A stretch of 55,492 nt of DNA, from NCBI GenBank assembly GCA_043811375.1, contig JBDRNJ010000010.1, positions 1 through 55,492 of the forward strand, read 5' to 3'. The DNA is from a bacterium. Its GTDB lineage: Bacteria; Zixibacteria; MSB-5A5; GN15; FEB-12. The position numbers and the translations under genes are program-made. A model generated the notes under the pieces. That model did not search any database. It saw only the letters and a program-made list of their open reading frames with translations, and was not told the origin of the DNA. Positions 19,574 to 31,247 of the stretch are shown piece by piece. Positions within the stretch are counted from its first letter, which is position 1, and each line of letters starts with the position of its first letter.

Positions 19574-21156
19574 TGTCTTTCGAGTTTCCGAATTCTTTCT
19601 ACCGCCGCCGCGAGATTGTCACACACCGTCACGCGCTCACTGCCGGTCGACAGCAGAGGTTCCTGGTTGCGCCCGTGTCCGGTTTCGACCAGAAAGGCCC
19701 GGGCGCCGATCACGCGGCCCAGGTTGACGTCATCCGCCTTATCACCTATAACGTACGAACGACGCAGGTTGATTCCAAGTTGACGAGCCGCTTCTTCGGC
19801 CATAGCCGGAGCCGGTTTGCGGCACCGGCAACGAGTGGCGAATTCTTCGACCACCCCCCCTGCGTAATGGGGACAGTAGTACAACCCGGCAATCTCCACA
19901 CCCGCTGCTGCCAGCATCGACAGGAGGCGTTCGTTTACGCGCTCGACAGTATCGAGACCAAACCGCCCACGAGCGACTCCGGATTGATTGGACAGGATGA
20001 CCAGCTTAAATCCCATCGCCTGAGCTTTCCGCAGGGCGTCGATAGCTCCAGATTCAAACTCGATTTCATCGGGATCCGCCAGGAACTCTTTCTCCACAAT
20101 AATGGTTCCGTCACGGTCGACAAAAAGCGCCCGAGCGGAATTGACGGCAACATCCAACAGTTCGCCGGCCATTTCAGACACCATCTCCGGTGAGATGCGC
20201 GTAAAACAGAAACGCTCGCTGCGGTAACAGGGTTTCTTTCCGTGCAACGAGCAGGGTCGGCACGACTCCTCCACCTCGACCACCCGGTCAAATAAGCCGC
20301 GAGGTGCAAAACCCAGGGCCGGATGAGTGGGTCCAAACAGAGACAGCACCGGCGTACCGACGGCCGAGGAAAGATGGGCTACCCCGGAGTCATTGGCAAT
20401 GGTAAGGTCGGCCTTCTCCAGCACCGCCGCCAGGTCGGTGATCGGGCAGTCGACCAGTTCGACGAAGTGCCGGGGATCGATCCGTTCAGCAAGTGACACC
20501 TTCCCCCGGTCGGCAGCGGTGATGGCCCAGATGATTGCCACACCATGCGATCGGTGCAACGTCGTCGCGACTTCGGCAAATCTCTCCAGCAGCCATTGCT
20601 TATTGGGGTGGGCCGCTCCGGGGGCAATTACGACCTGCCGACCGGGGTCGGAGGTTGCCGACAATTTGTTCGGCGGCGACGTTGTCGTACCGGGAGCATT
20701 GATCACCGGTCGCCGACAGAGTGCAATTCCGCCAAGCTGCTCAACACAGTCGTTGTATAGATCAATAGTGTGGGGCCAGACAAGCAGCAGGTGATGCTTT
20801 CTCACAATCTGTAGCCGCTCCCAACGTCGCTTGGGGTAAACCGTTTTAGCACCGGCCGTGACAATCTTACGAGCCAGCCAGGAACGGATGCTGCCGTGCA
20901 GATCAATGACGGTGTCAAATTGCCGTTCATCCAGATCCAGCAGGAAATTGAAATAGTCCCTGCCACCACATGGTTGCGGCAACGTTACAATCTCGTCGAC
21001 ACAGCCGAACAGCTTCACGATGGGCTGGTAGGCGGCTTTGGTCAGGAAGACCAGGCGGCTGTCAGGATAGAGCAGTTTCAGGTTGAGTACGGTCGCTGAG
21101 GTCAGGACGACATCGCCCAACGAACTGAAACGGATAACCAGGAGGTGTCGCTTCAT
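19570..21156 (-). CDS. Fused GT9 lipopolysaccharide heptosyltransferase + GmhB-like HAD-IIIA phosphatase
   Basis: N-terminal IRFSSLGDVV, PGAA..K.W, NDSG..H, LFGPT; C-terminal FVDRDGT, SNQSG, YCPH, CRCRKP, IGDKADD. Confidence 0.92.
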   Translation of the reverse strand: MKRHLLVIRFSSLGDVVLTSATVLNLKLLYPDSRLVFLTKAAYQPIVKLFGCVDEIVTLPQPCGGRDYFNFLLDLDERQFDTVIDLHGSIRSWLARKIVTAGAKTVYPKRRWERLQIVRKHHLLLVWPHTIDLYNDCVEQLGGIALCRRPVINAPGTTTSPPNKLSATSDPGRQVVIAPGAAHPNKQWLLERFAEVATTLHRSHGVAIIWAITAADRGKVSLAERIDPRHFVELVDCPITDLAAVLEKADLTIANDSGVAHLSSAVGTPVLSLFGPTHPALGFAPRGLFDRVVEVEESCRPCSLHGKKPCYRSERFCFTRISPEMVSEMAGELLDVAVNSARALFVDRDGTIIVEKEFLADPDEIEFESGAIDALRKAQAMGFKLVILSNQSGVARGRFGLDTVERVNERLLSMLAAAGVEIAGLYYCPHYAGGVVEEFATRCRCRKPAPAMAEEAARQLGINLRRSYVIGDKADDVNLGRVIGARAFLVETGHGRNQEPLLSTGSERVTVCDNLAAAVERIRKLERQ

Positions 21157-21930
21157 TTATAAGAAAAGATACAGTCCGACAGCAGCGGCGGCAAAGCAAT
21201 AATAAGCAAAGAAATCGAGTCGCCCGCGCCTTACAATCGCCATCAGCAGATGGACCGCCACCAGCCCCAATAGAAACGACAGCAACGTGCCGACCAGATA
21301 TGGCCCGGCGAGTGAGGTATCAATCGTTAACAGTTCCCCGAAATTGAGCACCATGGCCCCGCCGATAGCCGGGATGGCCAGCAGGAAAGAGAACTCGGCC
21401 GCTCGCGATGGTCGCACTCCGGCAGCCATTCCGGCGGCAATCGTAATGCCGGAGCGGGATATCCCCGGAAGCAGCGCCAGTGACTGAGCCACGCCGATAA
21501 CCACCGCCGTAACTACGCCCACCGTCCCGTCACCCCGTTTGAAGAACCGAGTAGCGAGCAGAATCAATCCTGTTAACGCCAACATGACAGAGGTTATCAG
21601 CGGCCGGGAGAATGCTGCTTCAATTTCGTCTTTGAACAACAATCCCACCACAGCCGCCGGAACCGTTCCCAGCAACAGATAACCGATCAGTGCCCGGTCA
21701 TCCTTCCGGGAAGAGTCGAAAACAGACCTGATCAGCCCGCCGATCTGCGAGCGGAAATAGACCAGGACCGCCAGCAGAGTCCCGAAGTGTACCAGTACTT
21801 CAAACGACACCCCCGATTGCTTCACACCTAAAATTGCCTGCACCAGGACCAAATGTCCCGAGGATGAAACCGGGAGGAATTCAGTGAGTCCCTGCAGAAT
21901 GCTCAGCAGTATGGAATCGAAGTATGTCAC
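21157..21930 (-). CDS. uppP: Undecaprenyl-diphosphate phosphatase
   Basis: QGLTEFLPVSSSGHL, HFGT, LLPGISRSG, AEFSFLLAIP. Confidence 0.96.
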   Translation of the reverse strand: MTYFDSILLSILQGLTEFLPVSSSGHLVLVQAILGVKQSGVSFEVLVHFGTLLAVLVYFRSQIGGLIRSVFDSSRKDDRALIGYLLLGTVPAAVVGLLFKDEIEAAFSRPLITSVMLALTGLILLATRFFKRGDGTVGVVTAVVIGVAQSLALLPGISRSGITIAAGMAAGVRPSRAAEFSFLLAIPAIGGAMVLNFGELLTIDTSLAGPYLVGTLLSFLLGLVAVHLLMAIVRRGRLDFFAYYCFAAAAVGLYLFL

Positions 21931-21956
21931 AAGAAAAGGCCCCGTAATTCGGGGCC
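21931..21956 (-). terminator. Intrinsic terminator after the outer-membrane protein gene
   Basis: Minus strand ggccccg-aatta-cggggcc-ttttctt. Confidence 0.7.
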
Positions 21957-21981
21957 ATAATATCGAGAATCAAACCGGAAA

Positions 21982-22626
21982 CTAAAGGACACTGAAGTCG
22001 ATACCCAGGAAAACGCCGTCGTTGCCATCTAACTGGAATTCGCCGTACAGGGTGACTGTCGGACTGACCTGCCAGGCGGCGCCACCATTGAGGCCGAACT
22101 CCAGTTCCGAGTCGGATTCACTGGAAGGCGGAACATCAAGGCTCCTGCTTTCCAGCCGCACATTGAACCGGCCATAGGGTGACAGGGTCGTGCCGTTTTG
22201 CAGAAGGAAGGGATAGGAACCGATCACGTTTCCCCCGATCTGAAAGATTGAAGCAACCCCATAGTCGACATACTCAATAAAACCACCAACAGCCATATCA
22301 ATCGCGTTGGGAACGGTACCCTCCACCGACCAGAACTGATACTTAAAATCGGCTCCTAAAGAAATCTCCGTATCGCTGCCGTCGTTGTCGACAAGACCAA
22401 GTTTCAGGCGACCGTCGATATAGTCGGACATGCCGTATCCGAACCAGCCCACAATCGAGGTAGCATCGGCAATACCGACCCCACCTCCAAAAACGCCACT
22501 TCCCTGACCAAGAGCCTTAGCCGTGGTGAAAGTACCGAAAACTGATCCGGCCGAGCTGTCGGCCATAACACCGGACACCGCCAATATCACCAGCACAGCC
22601 GTCAAGACAATAACCTTTTTCATCAC
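21982..22626 (-). CDS. Putative small outer-membrane beta-barrel protein
   Basis: Signal peptide, alternating Gly/aromatic beta strands, C-terminal LGIDFSVL. Confidence 0.7.
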   Translation of the reverse strand: MMKKVIVLTAVLVILAVSGVMADSSAGSVFGTFTTAKALGQGSGVFGGGVGIADATSIVGWFGYGMSDYIDGRLKLGLVDNDGSDTEISLGADFKYQFWSVEGTVPNAIDMAVGGFIEYVDYGVASIFQIGGNVIGSYPFLLQNGTTLSPYGRFNVRLESRSLDVPPSSESDSELEFGLNGGAAWQVSPTVTLYGEFQLDGNDGVFLGIDFSVL

Positions 22627-22830
22627 ATATCCCTGTTATTAGTCAATGATTTTCCTTTACTACTTGTCGAACCTATCTTTGTCACTGCAATCGGTCAACA
22701 AAAAACAAGTATGCAACCGGATTATTTGTTGACATCACAGCAATTAGCGGCGTTTCTTGGCCGAAGTTTCGCGTTCATGGTTAGCGACAGACGAGCATCA
22801 GCAAATGTAGTCCGGACAGGAGAACATACT

Positions 22831-24231
22831 ATGGTAGACTCTGAGACCACAGAATTTCCCCCAGACGGATCAATAATCAACAGCACGGCAACCGGGCGCG
22901 GTCAATGGGGCACGCGCATGGGATTCATTCTGGCCGCGGCCGGATCGGCAGTCGGGCTGGGTAATATCTGGAAATTTCCCTATATCACCGGCGAGTATGG
23001 CGGAGGAGCCTTTGTGCTGGTGTACCTGGGGGCGGTAGTGATCGTCGGTCTGCCGCTGATGATCGCCGAGCTTATGATGGGTCGCCGGGCTAAGCAGAAC
23101 CCGGTGGGCGCCTTCCAGCGTCTGCATCGTCCGGGCAGCCCGTGGCAACTGGTCGGCTGGCTGGGGGTGGCATCGGGATTTGTTATTCTGTCTTACTATA
23201 GTGTGGTGGCCGGCTGGGCGCTGGCATACGTGTTTAAGTCCATTGTCGGTTTCAGCGGTACGGCCGAACAGATACAATCGCAGTTTACAAACCTGGTTCT
23301 CAGTCCCCGCGACACCATACTCTGGCACACGGCCTTTATGGCCTTGTGCATCGCCATTGTCTACGGAGGTATTCAACGCGGAATTGAGCGTTGGTCGAAG
23401 ATACTGATGCCGGCCCTGCTGGTCATTTTGCTGGGATTGATGCTCTACGGCTTGCTGGGAACGACAGGCGGCAGCCGGGCCATAGCATTTCTATTTGAGC
23501 CGGATTTCTCCAAGCTGTCGGCTGAGGGCGTCCTGTCGGCTCTGGGCCATGCTTTCTTCACCCTGTCGTTGGGAATGGGGGCCATGATAACTTACGGCTC
23601 CTATATGAAACGAGAGGCCAACCTGGTGCGGGACGCGATCACGATTTCCGTCCTGGATACCGTCATCGCCCTGATGGCCGGGATAGCCATTTTCTCACTC
23701 GTCTTCCACTACGGTATGGAACCGGGTCAGAGTGTCGGCCTGATTTTCAAAACGTTGCCGGTACTGTTTGCCGAGACCGGACCGATCATATCCATACCTT
23801 TCTTCATTTTGTTGTCGTTTGCTGCTCTGACATCGGCTATCAGCCTGCTGGAAGTAGTTGTGTCATACTTTATCGACAAACGAGGCTGGAGCCGCCGCAC
23901 GGCAACCCTGGTTTTGGGATCGGCCATCTATCTGTTCGGTTTCCTTTCGGCCAATGCCGCCTGGACAATCCCTTTTAGGGGCAAACAACAGGGTTTCTTT
24001 GACATATTCGATTTTGTCAGCACCAACTACATGCTGCCCGTCGGCGGTTTTCTTACCTGCCTGTTTGTAGCCTGGGTGATGAAAGAAAAAGACCGGGGCG
24101 AGGAATTCGGATCATCAGGCAGTCTGTTTGTGGGTTTTAAGACAGTGCTGAGGTTCGTAGCGCCCGTGGCGGTCCTGTTAGTGCTCCTGCATGGCCTGGA
24201 GCTGCTTCCGTGGGTTGACTATGGCAAGTGA
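22831..24231 (+). CDS. Sodium-dependent transporter, NSS/SNF family
   Basis: GFILAAAGSAVGLGNIWKFPY, GGGAF, AFFTLSLGMG; GGAGAA precedes the ATG at 22831. Confidence 0.95.
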   Translation: MVDSETTEFPPDGSIINSTATGRGQWGTRMGFILAAAGSAVGLGNIWKFPYITGEYGGGAFVLVYLGAVVIVGLPLMIAELMMGRRAKQNPVGAFQRLHRPGSPWQLVGWLGVASGFVILSYYSVVAGWALAYVFKSIVGFSGTAEQIQSQFTNLVLSPRDTILWHTAFMALCIAIVYGGIQRGIERWSKILMPALLVILLGLMLYGLLGTTGGSRAIAFLFEPDFSKLSAEGVLSALGHAFFTLSLGMGAMITYGSYMKREANLVRDAITISVLDTVIALMAGIAIFSLVFHYGMEPGQSVGLIFKTLPVLFAETGPIISIPFFILLSFAALTSAISLLEVVVSYFIDKRGWSRRTATLVLGSAIYLFGFLSANAAWTIPFRGKQQGFFDIFDFVSTNYMLPVGGFLTCLFVAWVMKEKDRGEEFGSSGSLFVGFKTVLRFVAPVAVLLVLLHGLELLPWVDYGK

Positions 24232-24254
24232 TGTGTCGAAGAAACCCACCTGAA

Positions 24255-24385
24255 GGGCCTGTTGAAAAAGTCCTATTCTCGTCATTGCGAGCGACAGCGT
24301 GGCAATCTCGGATATTGAATTTCAACGAGATAGCCACGTCGCTTCGCTCCTCGCTATGACGTTTGTTATGTTTATCAACAAGCAC
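24255..24385 (+). mobile_element. 131-bp MITE-like element, copy B
   Basis: Same termini and core as copy A; flanked by cccacc-tgaa / gaaa-ggtggg. Confidence 0.85.
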
Positions 24386-24415
24386 GAAAGGTGGGCCACC
24401 GTTATTGTAGTAATT

Positions 24416-24490
24416 GTAGGTCAGGAGTCTTGTACTCCTGACTATTATGTCCACGCCCCATTCGTCAGGACCGCAAGGGTCCTGACCTAC
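24416..24490. repeat. Inverted pair of GTAG-REP palindromes (REPIN/BIME-like)
   Basis: gtaggtcaggag-tcttgta-ctcctgac (24416-24442) faces gtcaggacc-gcaag-ggtcctgacctac (24464-24490). Confidence 0.8.
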
Positions 24491-24502
24491 GATTCTACAA
24501 TT

Positions 24503-25624
24503 CTACGATTCTTCCGGTGCCCTGAGGTACAGAATCGCTTCCCGCTTAAGGCGTTCGATATCAAACCCGGTCAGATCGACCGCGTTAAGAAACTCTATAA
24601 AACCGGTGTCAAGACGGCCGATGGCTGTGCGTCCTATCGAGACTGCGGATTCGTCGTCAGCCGTTCTCTCGAAAGTTATATTCAGGTCGAAGGAATTGTG
24701 TCGCAGATCATTGACAACCGCAACCGGCATAGTTTTTAGTGTCTCCTCGGTGACACCCGTAACCCTGAGGCGGACGATTTTGTCGGAACCGTCGACCTGT
24801 GTAATTTTGTCCTGCAGAATGGACGCCAGTTGATCACCGCGGTACCCGGTGGCATCAATAATGGGCAGGTCCACCATGTCGCGACAACGGACTTCATGGA
24901 AGGTTATCCGAAAAGGCTCCATATCCACCTCCGCAAACCCCTTGGCGGCCGCTCTTTCCGCCTGCGACAATCGTTCCGTAGAACCGGCATAGCAGGCGCG
25001 CTCAGCCACCCGGCTGTAGTTGTGAAAATGTCCCAGGGCGGCGTAGTCGAAGCGATTGATAATATCGAGGGGGATTTCCTGTTCGCCCAGTTCAGCCATG
25101 GCAAACCGGGGCATCCCGGCCACAATACCGTGGGCAGTCAGGATATTAAAGGCAGCGTCGCTATCCGGTTGACACCTTTCCAGTTCATTTTGCAGAACAT
25201 CGGTCGTCACGCAATGAGGCAGGGCAAGAATCCTCGCCTGCCGAACCTGAAAAACCTGCCGGCTGCTGCCGGACGCCACGTATAGATTGTCAAACTGCCG
25301 GAAGACGTCGATAGCCGCTCCGATATGGGGTTGCCGGGGCGCATCGTGGTTGCCGGCGATAATGACCGTCGGAATACTCTCGATCTCGGCCAGACGATGT
25401 AATTGCTCACCGGCTATAGCCATTATTCGGTTGGTAGGCCGCACCGCGTCAAAGAGGTCACCCGAATGAATACACAGGTCCGGCCGGATGGCAATTATTT
25501 TATCGATCGCTTCGGTGAAGCTGTTGACGATATCTTCCTGCCGTTCGGTCAGGCCACTTTTCCCTCGTTTCGTATGACCGGCGCCGGCACCGAGATGACT
25601 GTCGGACAGGTGGCAAATCTTCAT
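24503..25624 (-). CDS. SbcD/Mre11-like DNA repair exonuclease (metallophosphoesterase)
   Basis: HLSDSHLG, SGDLFD, AGNHD, YAALGHFH, YAGSTER. Confidence 0.9.
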   Translation of the reverse strand: MKICHLSDSHLGAGAGHTKRGKSGLTERQEDIVNSFTEAIDKIIAIRPDLCIHSGDLFDAVRPTNRIMAIAGEQLHRLAEIESIPTVIIAGNHDAPRQPHIGAAIDVFRQFDNLYVASGSSRQVFQVRQARILALPHCVTTDVLQNELERCQPDSDAAFNILTAHGIVAGMPRFAMAELGEQEIPLDIINRFDYAALGHFHNYSRVAERACYAGSTERLSQAERAAAKGFAEVDMEPFRITFHEVRCRDMVDLPIIDATGYRGDQLASILQDKITQVDGSDKIVRLRVTGVTEETLKTMPVAVVNDLRHNSFDLNITFERTADDESAVSIGRTAIGRLDTGFIEFLNAVDLTGFDIERLKREAILYLRAPEES

Positions 25625-25666
25625 GTCACAATATAGCCCGTTCGTTGCAGAAATAGTATCACTTAT

Positions 25667-25797
25667 GGGCTTGTTGAAAAAGTCCCATTCTCGTCATTGC
25701 GAGCGACAGCGTGGCAATCTCAGATATTGAATGTTAACGAGATAGCCACGTCGCTTCGCTCCTCGCTATGACGTCTGTTATGCTATTCAATAGGCAC
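25667..25797 (+). mobile_element. 131-bp MITE-like element, copy C, with 4-bp duplication TTAT
   Basis: TTAT at 25663-25666 and 25798-25801 flank the element. Confidence 0.87.
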
Positions 25798-25863
25798 TTA
25801 TGGGAGAGTGGCAGGACCGGGCGATGCCCGGACAAAATGAGATTCGGACCGGACTCAGGGCGA

Positions 25864-27294
25864 TCAGTAGATGTTGTAGCGGGAAATGCGGTCTCGGAGG
25901 GTGTTGCGCGAGATACCCAGAGTTTCGGAGGTCTTGACCTGATTGCCGTTAAAATGCTTCAGACAGGAAGAAATGACAGCCCTCTCAAAGGCACCCTCAA
26001 GGAAGTGAAATATCTGTCCGGGAGAGTTGGCAATCAGCCTGGGCATAATCGGTTCAATGATCTTCTTGAAGGAATCGGTATAGTCATCCTCGAGCACGTC
26101 CAGATCGACATTAGTCTTGCCGCTGTCCTCAGAGAAGATGGGGAAATCTTCCGGTTGCAGGGTGTCGGCCCTGGACATAACCAGGGCGGTATGGATATTG
26201 TTTTCCAGTTCCCGAACATTACCCGGCCAGTTGTGTCTGGTCAGCATCTGGATTGTCTTTTTGGAAATACCCTTAATCGGCTGCGACAGTTGGTCGGCGA
26301 ATTTCCGGCAGAAGTGATCCACCAGCAGCGGGATATCGGCGCGACGTTCCCTGAGAGGTGGAATGTAGATGGAAAAGACCTTCAACCGGTAGAAGAGATC
26401 GACCCGGAAGGAACCTTCTTTCATACATTGCACCAGGGATTTGTTAGTGGCGGCAATTATGCGGACATTGACATCGATCGATTCATTGCCCCCGACTCGT
26501 TCGATGACTTTTTCCTGAAGCACCCGCAGCAATTTCGATTGTGTCAGGACCGACATGTCACCGATTTCGTCCAGAAAGAGGGTGCCCCGGTCGGCCTGTT
26601 CGAATTTGCCGATCCGTTTGAAATAGGCCCCGGTGAAAGCTCCTTTTTCGTGACCGAATAATTCCGATTCCAGCAGCGTTTCGTGCAGGGCGGCGCAGTT
26701 CACCGACAGAAAAGCATTGGCATAACGCTTGGAATTGCGGTGTATGGCATGGGCCACCAGTTCCTTACCGGTACCGGATTCACCAAAAATCAACACCGCC
26801 GCATCGGTCTTGGCCACCTGACCTATCAACTTGGCGATCTCCATGATCTCCGGCGACTGACCGACGATTTCGTTGATACCGTGGACCTGGGTTTCTTCAT
26901 TGGGCAGCACGCGCGTACTACTGACTTTGGCACTGTAGCCACAAGCCTTGTTGACGGTATCAATAAGCTTGTCGATTTGGAACGGTTTGGTCAGGTACTC
27001 AAAAGCCCCCTCCCGCATCGCCTCGATGGCGTCCTCGGTGGACACAAAACCTGAAATGACAATTACCGGCAGACTATCGTTACTCTGCCTGATCTGCTTA
27101 AGAACTTCCAGCCCGGACATGGTGGGCAGGTTGACATCGAGCATGACCAGATCCAGGTTCTCATGCTCGTTTACAAACTGCTCGACATTGGCGCCGTCGT
27201 CCAAAATCGAGAAGTTGAATTTGTCGGAGTCAAACAGGTTAGCGAGCGACTGCGACAAATCTTTATCGTCATCGACCAGTAATATATTTTTCAT
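25864..27294 (-). CDS. Sigma54-dependent response regulator (NtrC family)
   Basis: REC domain (LLVDDD, LDVNLP, KP), GESGTGKE, ESELFGHEKGAFTGA, WPGNVREL, Fis-type HTH. Confidence 0.96.
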   Translation of the reverse strand: MKNILLVDDDKDLSQSLANLFDSDKFNFSILDDGANVEQFVNEHENLDLVMLDVNLPTMSGLEVLKQIRQSNDSLPVIVISGFVSTEDAIEAMREGAFEYLTKPFQIDKLIDTVNKACGYSAKVSSTRVLPNEETQVHGINEIVGQSPEIMEIAKLIGQVAKTDAAVLIFGESGTGKELVAHAIHRNSKRYANAFLSVNCAALHETLLESELFGHEKGAFTGAYFKRIGKFEQADRGTLFLDEIGDMSVLTQSKLLRVLQEKVIERVGGNESIDVNVRIIAATNKSLVQCMKEGSFRVDLFYRLKVFSIYIPPLRERRADIPLLVDHFCRKFADQLSQPIKGISKKTIQMLTRHNWPGNVRELENNIHTALVMSRADTLQPEDFPIFSEDSGKTNVDLDVLEDDYTDSFKKIIEPIMPRLIANSPGQIFHFLEGAFERAVISSCLKHFNGNQVKTSETLGISRNTLRDRISRYNIY

Positions 27295-27504
27295 GTCTGA
27301 ATATACCTTTAGTGGTATGTCCGTATTATCGGCCGCAACCTGGAATTATATAGGCGGAAATTGGAACTTCCGGTCAACCGGCGAACAGAACATGCAGGGC
27401 CGGTCTCGCAGAGACCCTTCGCCGGGCGGTTGTGCCAACGTCAATATGATGGCAGAAATACCAGAGATTTCTGTCCAGGCACAAACGATAAACCGGCAGG
27501 GGCA

Positions 27505-29541
<2,037 letters not shown>

Positions 29542-29611
29542 TTAAGTACTCGCGGGATCACATCTGTCCGGTCAAGCCCACTTGGGGCTTGACGGGGTGG
29601 CGCACCTCTTG

Positions 29612-29762
29612 GGGTTTGTTGAAAAAGTCCCGTTGGTCGTCATTGCGAGCGACCGAAGGGAGCGCGGCAATCTCATACGTCAAGCCCGACAACGGATTTA
29701 GATTGCCACACCCGCCTACGGCGGGTTCGCAATGACGCAGTCGAGGGTTTATCAACACTCCT
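29612..29762 (+). mobile_element. 151-bp MITE-like element, copy D (variant core), 4-bp duplication CTTG
   Basis: GGGTTTGTTGAAAAA...TTTATCAACACTCCT; flanks cgcacct-CTTG and CTTG-aggtgcg. Confidence 0.85.
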
Positions 29763-29923
29763 CTTGAGGTGCGTTTACAGTTCTTCTTCTACCAATATAC
29801 AAGAAGGAATAGAAACTCACCGCAAGCGGTGAGCCACCCGCTGCCACGCCGCGAGTCGGCGTGACCTACGGCTTGTGTACTACGGTTTACTCCCGCGATC
29901 AGAGATCGCGGTCACACATGCTA

Positions 29924-30454
29924 CTAACTGAACGGCTCCGGCTTGCCGCGCAACTGCTTGCGAAAGGCAGCCATTCGGTGACCGGCGCGGTCTTCACTGA
30001 TGTCGGTTATCCAGACGGCTGCCAGTCGGTTATATTCATCTACCTGGGCCACTACCGACTCGGCCAGAAAGTAGCTTTTCAAATGTGTCCGATCGGTGTA
30101 CTGAATCAGAAGCCGGGTACAACCGGCGACGGTAAGCAGCAGCGGGTTGCTGGTACGAGCCCGGAATCCCAGCCAACGAATACTCGCGGCCTCAATGATT
30201 CGCGGAGGATTCAACTGCGGCACGACCTGCCACCGGCGGCTCGACCGAGCTACCTCAATGAATATCAATCGTCCCTGCCGGTCGATGTCAAAACGGACAT
30301 CATCGGATTCCAGATAGGAAAAGAAACGGCGTTTTTTGGAGAACGGTCCGACCTGAACATAAAGCTCATCTTCCTCCACCTGATAAAAACCCCGACCGGG
30401 CAATATCGGCTCGATCGGGGTTGAAACCTTTACCTTCAGAGTGTCAGATGACAT
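29924..30454 (-). CDS. Hypothetical protein, DUF2283-like tandem repeats
   Basis: FYQVEEDELYVQV...VRFDIDRQGRLIFIEV and a second unit VVAQVDEYNRLAAVWI; 1 bp from the cpoB stop. Confidence 0.65.
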   Translation of the reverse strand: MSSDTLKVKVSTPIEPILPGRGFYQVEEDELYVQVGPFSKKRRFFSYLESDDVRFDIDRQGRLIFIEVARSSRRWQVVPQLNPPRIIEAASIRWLGFRARTSNPLLLTVAGCTRLLIQYTDRTHLKSYFLAESVVAQVDEYNRLAAVWITDISEDRAGHRMAAFRKQLRGKPEPFS

Positions 30455-30455
30455 G

Positions 30456-31226
30456 TTATTTCAGATCCTTGAGTCGCTCCCTGGCCTGTTCGGCCTCAAG
30501 AGTGCCCGGATGGTCATCGACCAATTGCTGAAAAATCCTGATGGCTTCGCTCTTCTTGCCCAGTTCCTGCTGGGAGCGGCCCAGCTTGTACAGAGCACGA
30601 CTGGCGTTTACCGAACTCTTGTAGTTGGTGATCAGATATTGAAACTCGGTCACCGCCTGGTCATACTTCTCCAGCGAGTAATAGCATTCACCAACCCAGT
30701 AGAAAGCATTTTCAACCAGGTCATGTTTTTCGCACAGACTGAGAAACTCACGGAATCCTTCAATAGCCTGATCGTACTCTCCCCTGCGGACGAGGATAAA
30801 GGCATCATCATACTTCTTGTCGCAGTCAACCGAGACCGACTCCTCGACCGGTTGGCCCGGCTCCTGCCGGACGCCGGGTGAACTGCGGATGACGGCCGGC
30901 GCCGATTGCTGCTGACCGAACTTCTCGATACGCTGCATCAGGTCGCTATAGTTTTCCAGAAGAGTTTCGATCCGCTGCTGCAGATCCTGGATAGTGACCG
31001 ACATTTCATTACGCAGCTGTTTGTTGGCCTCGGTATCTTCAGTCAGTACCGAATCGATATGGGCCACCGCCTGCTGTGTCTGTCGGTTCTGCATTTCCAC
31101 TTGCTGCACCTGCGCCTTGATTTCATTGATCATGCGCGGCGTGCAACAGCCGGATAACATCTGGACCAAATACAAAACCGCCATCGAGAGGACGGCGGTC
31201 AGTAAAGCCTTTTTATTGGCTGACAT
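30456..31226 (-). CDS. cpoB: Tol-Pal system protein YbgF/CpoB
   Basis: Coiled coil plus TPRs (NAFYWVGECYY, ALYKLG), downstream of pal. Confidence 0.9.
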   Translation of the reverse strand: MSANKKALLTAVLSMAVLYLVQMLSGCCTPRMINEIKAQVQQVEMQNRQTQQAVAHIDSVLTEDTEANKQLRNEMSVTIQDLQQRIETLLENYSDLMQRIEKFGQQQSAPAVIRSSPGVRQEPGQPVEESVSVDCDKKYDDAFILVRRGEYDQAIEGFREFLSLCEKHDLVENAFYWVGECYYSLEKYDQAVTEFQYLITNYKSSVNASRALYKLGRSQQELGKKSEAIRIFQQLVDDHPGTLEAEQARERLKDLK

Positions 31227-31247
31227 TGTTTACACCTGTAACCCCGG

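Noticed and set aside
24255..25797. Composite transposon (MITE B - sbcD-like gene - MITE C)
   Set aside because: Copy C has its own TTAT duplication on both sides and the outer flanks (TGAA vs TTAT) differ, which indicates independent insertions.
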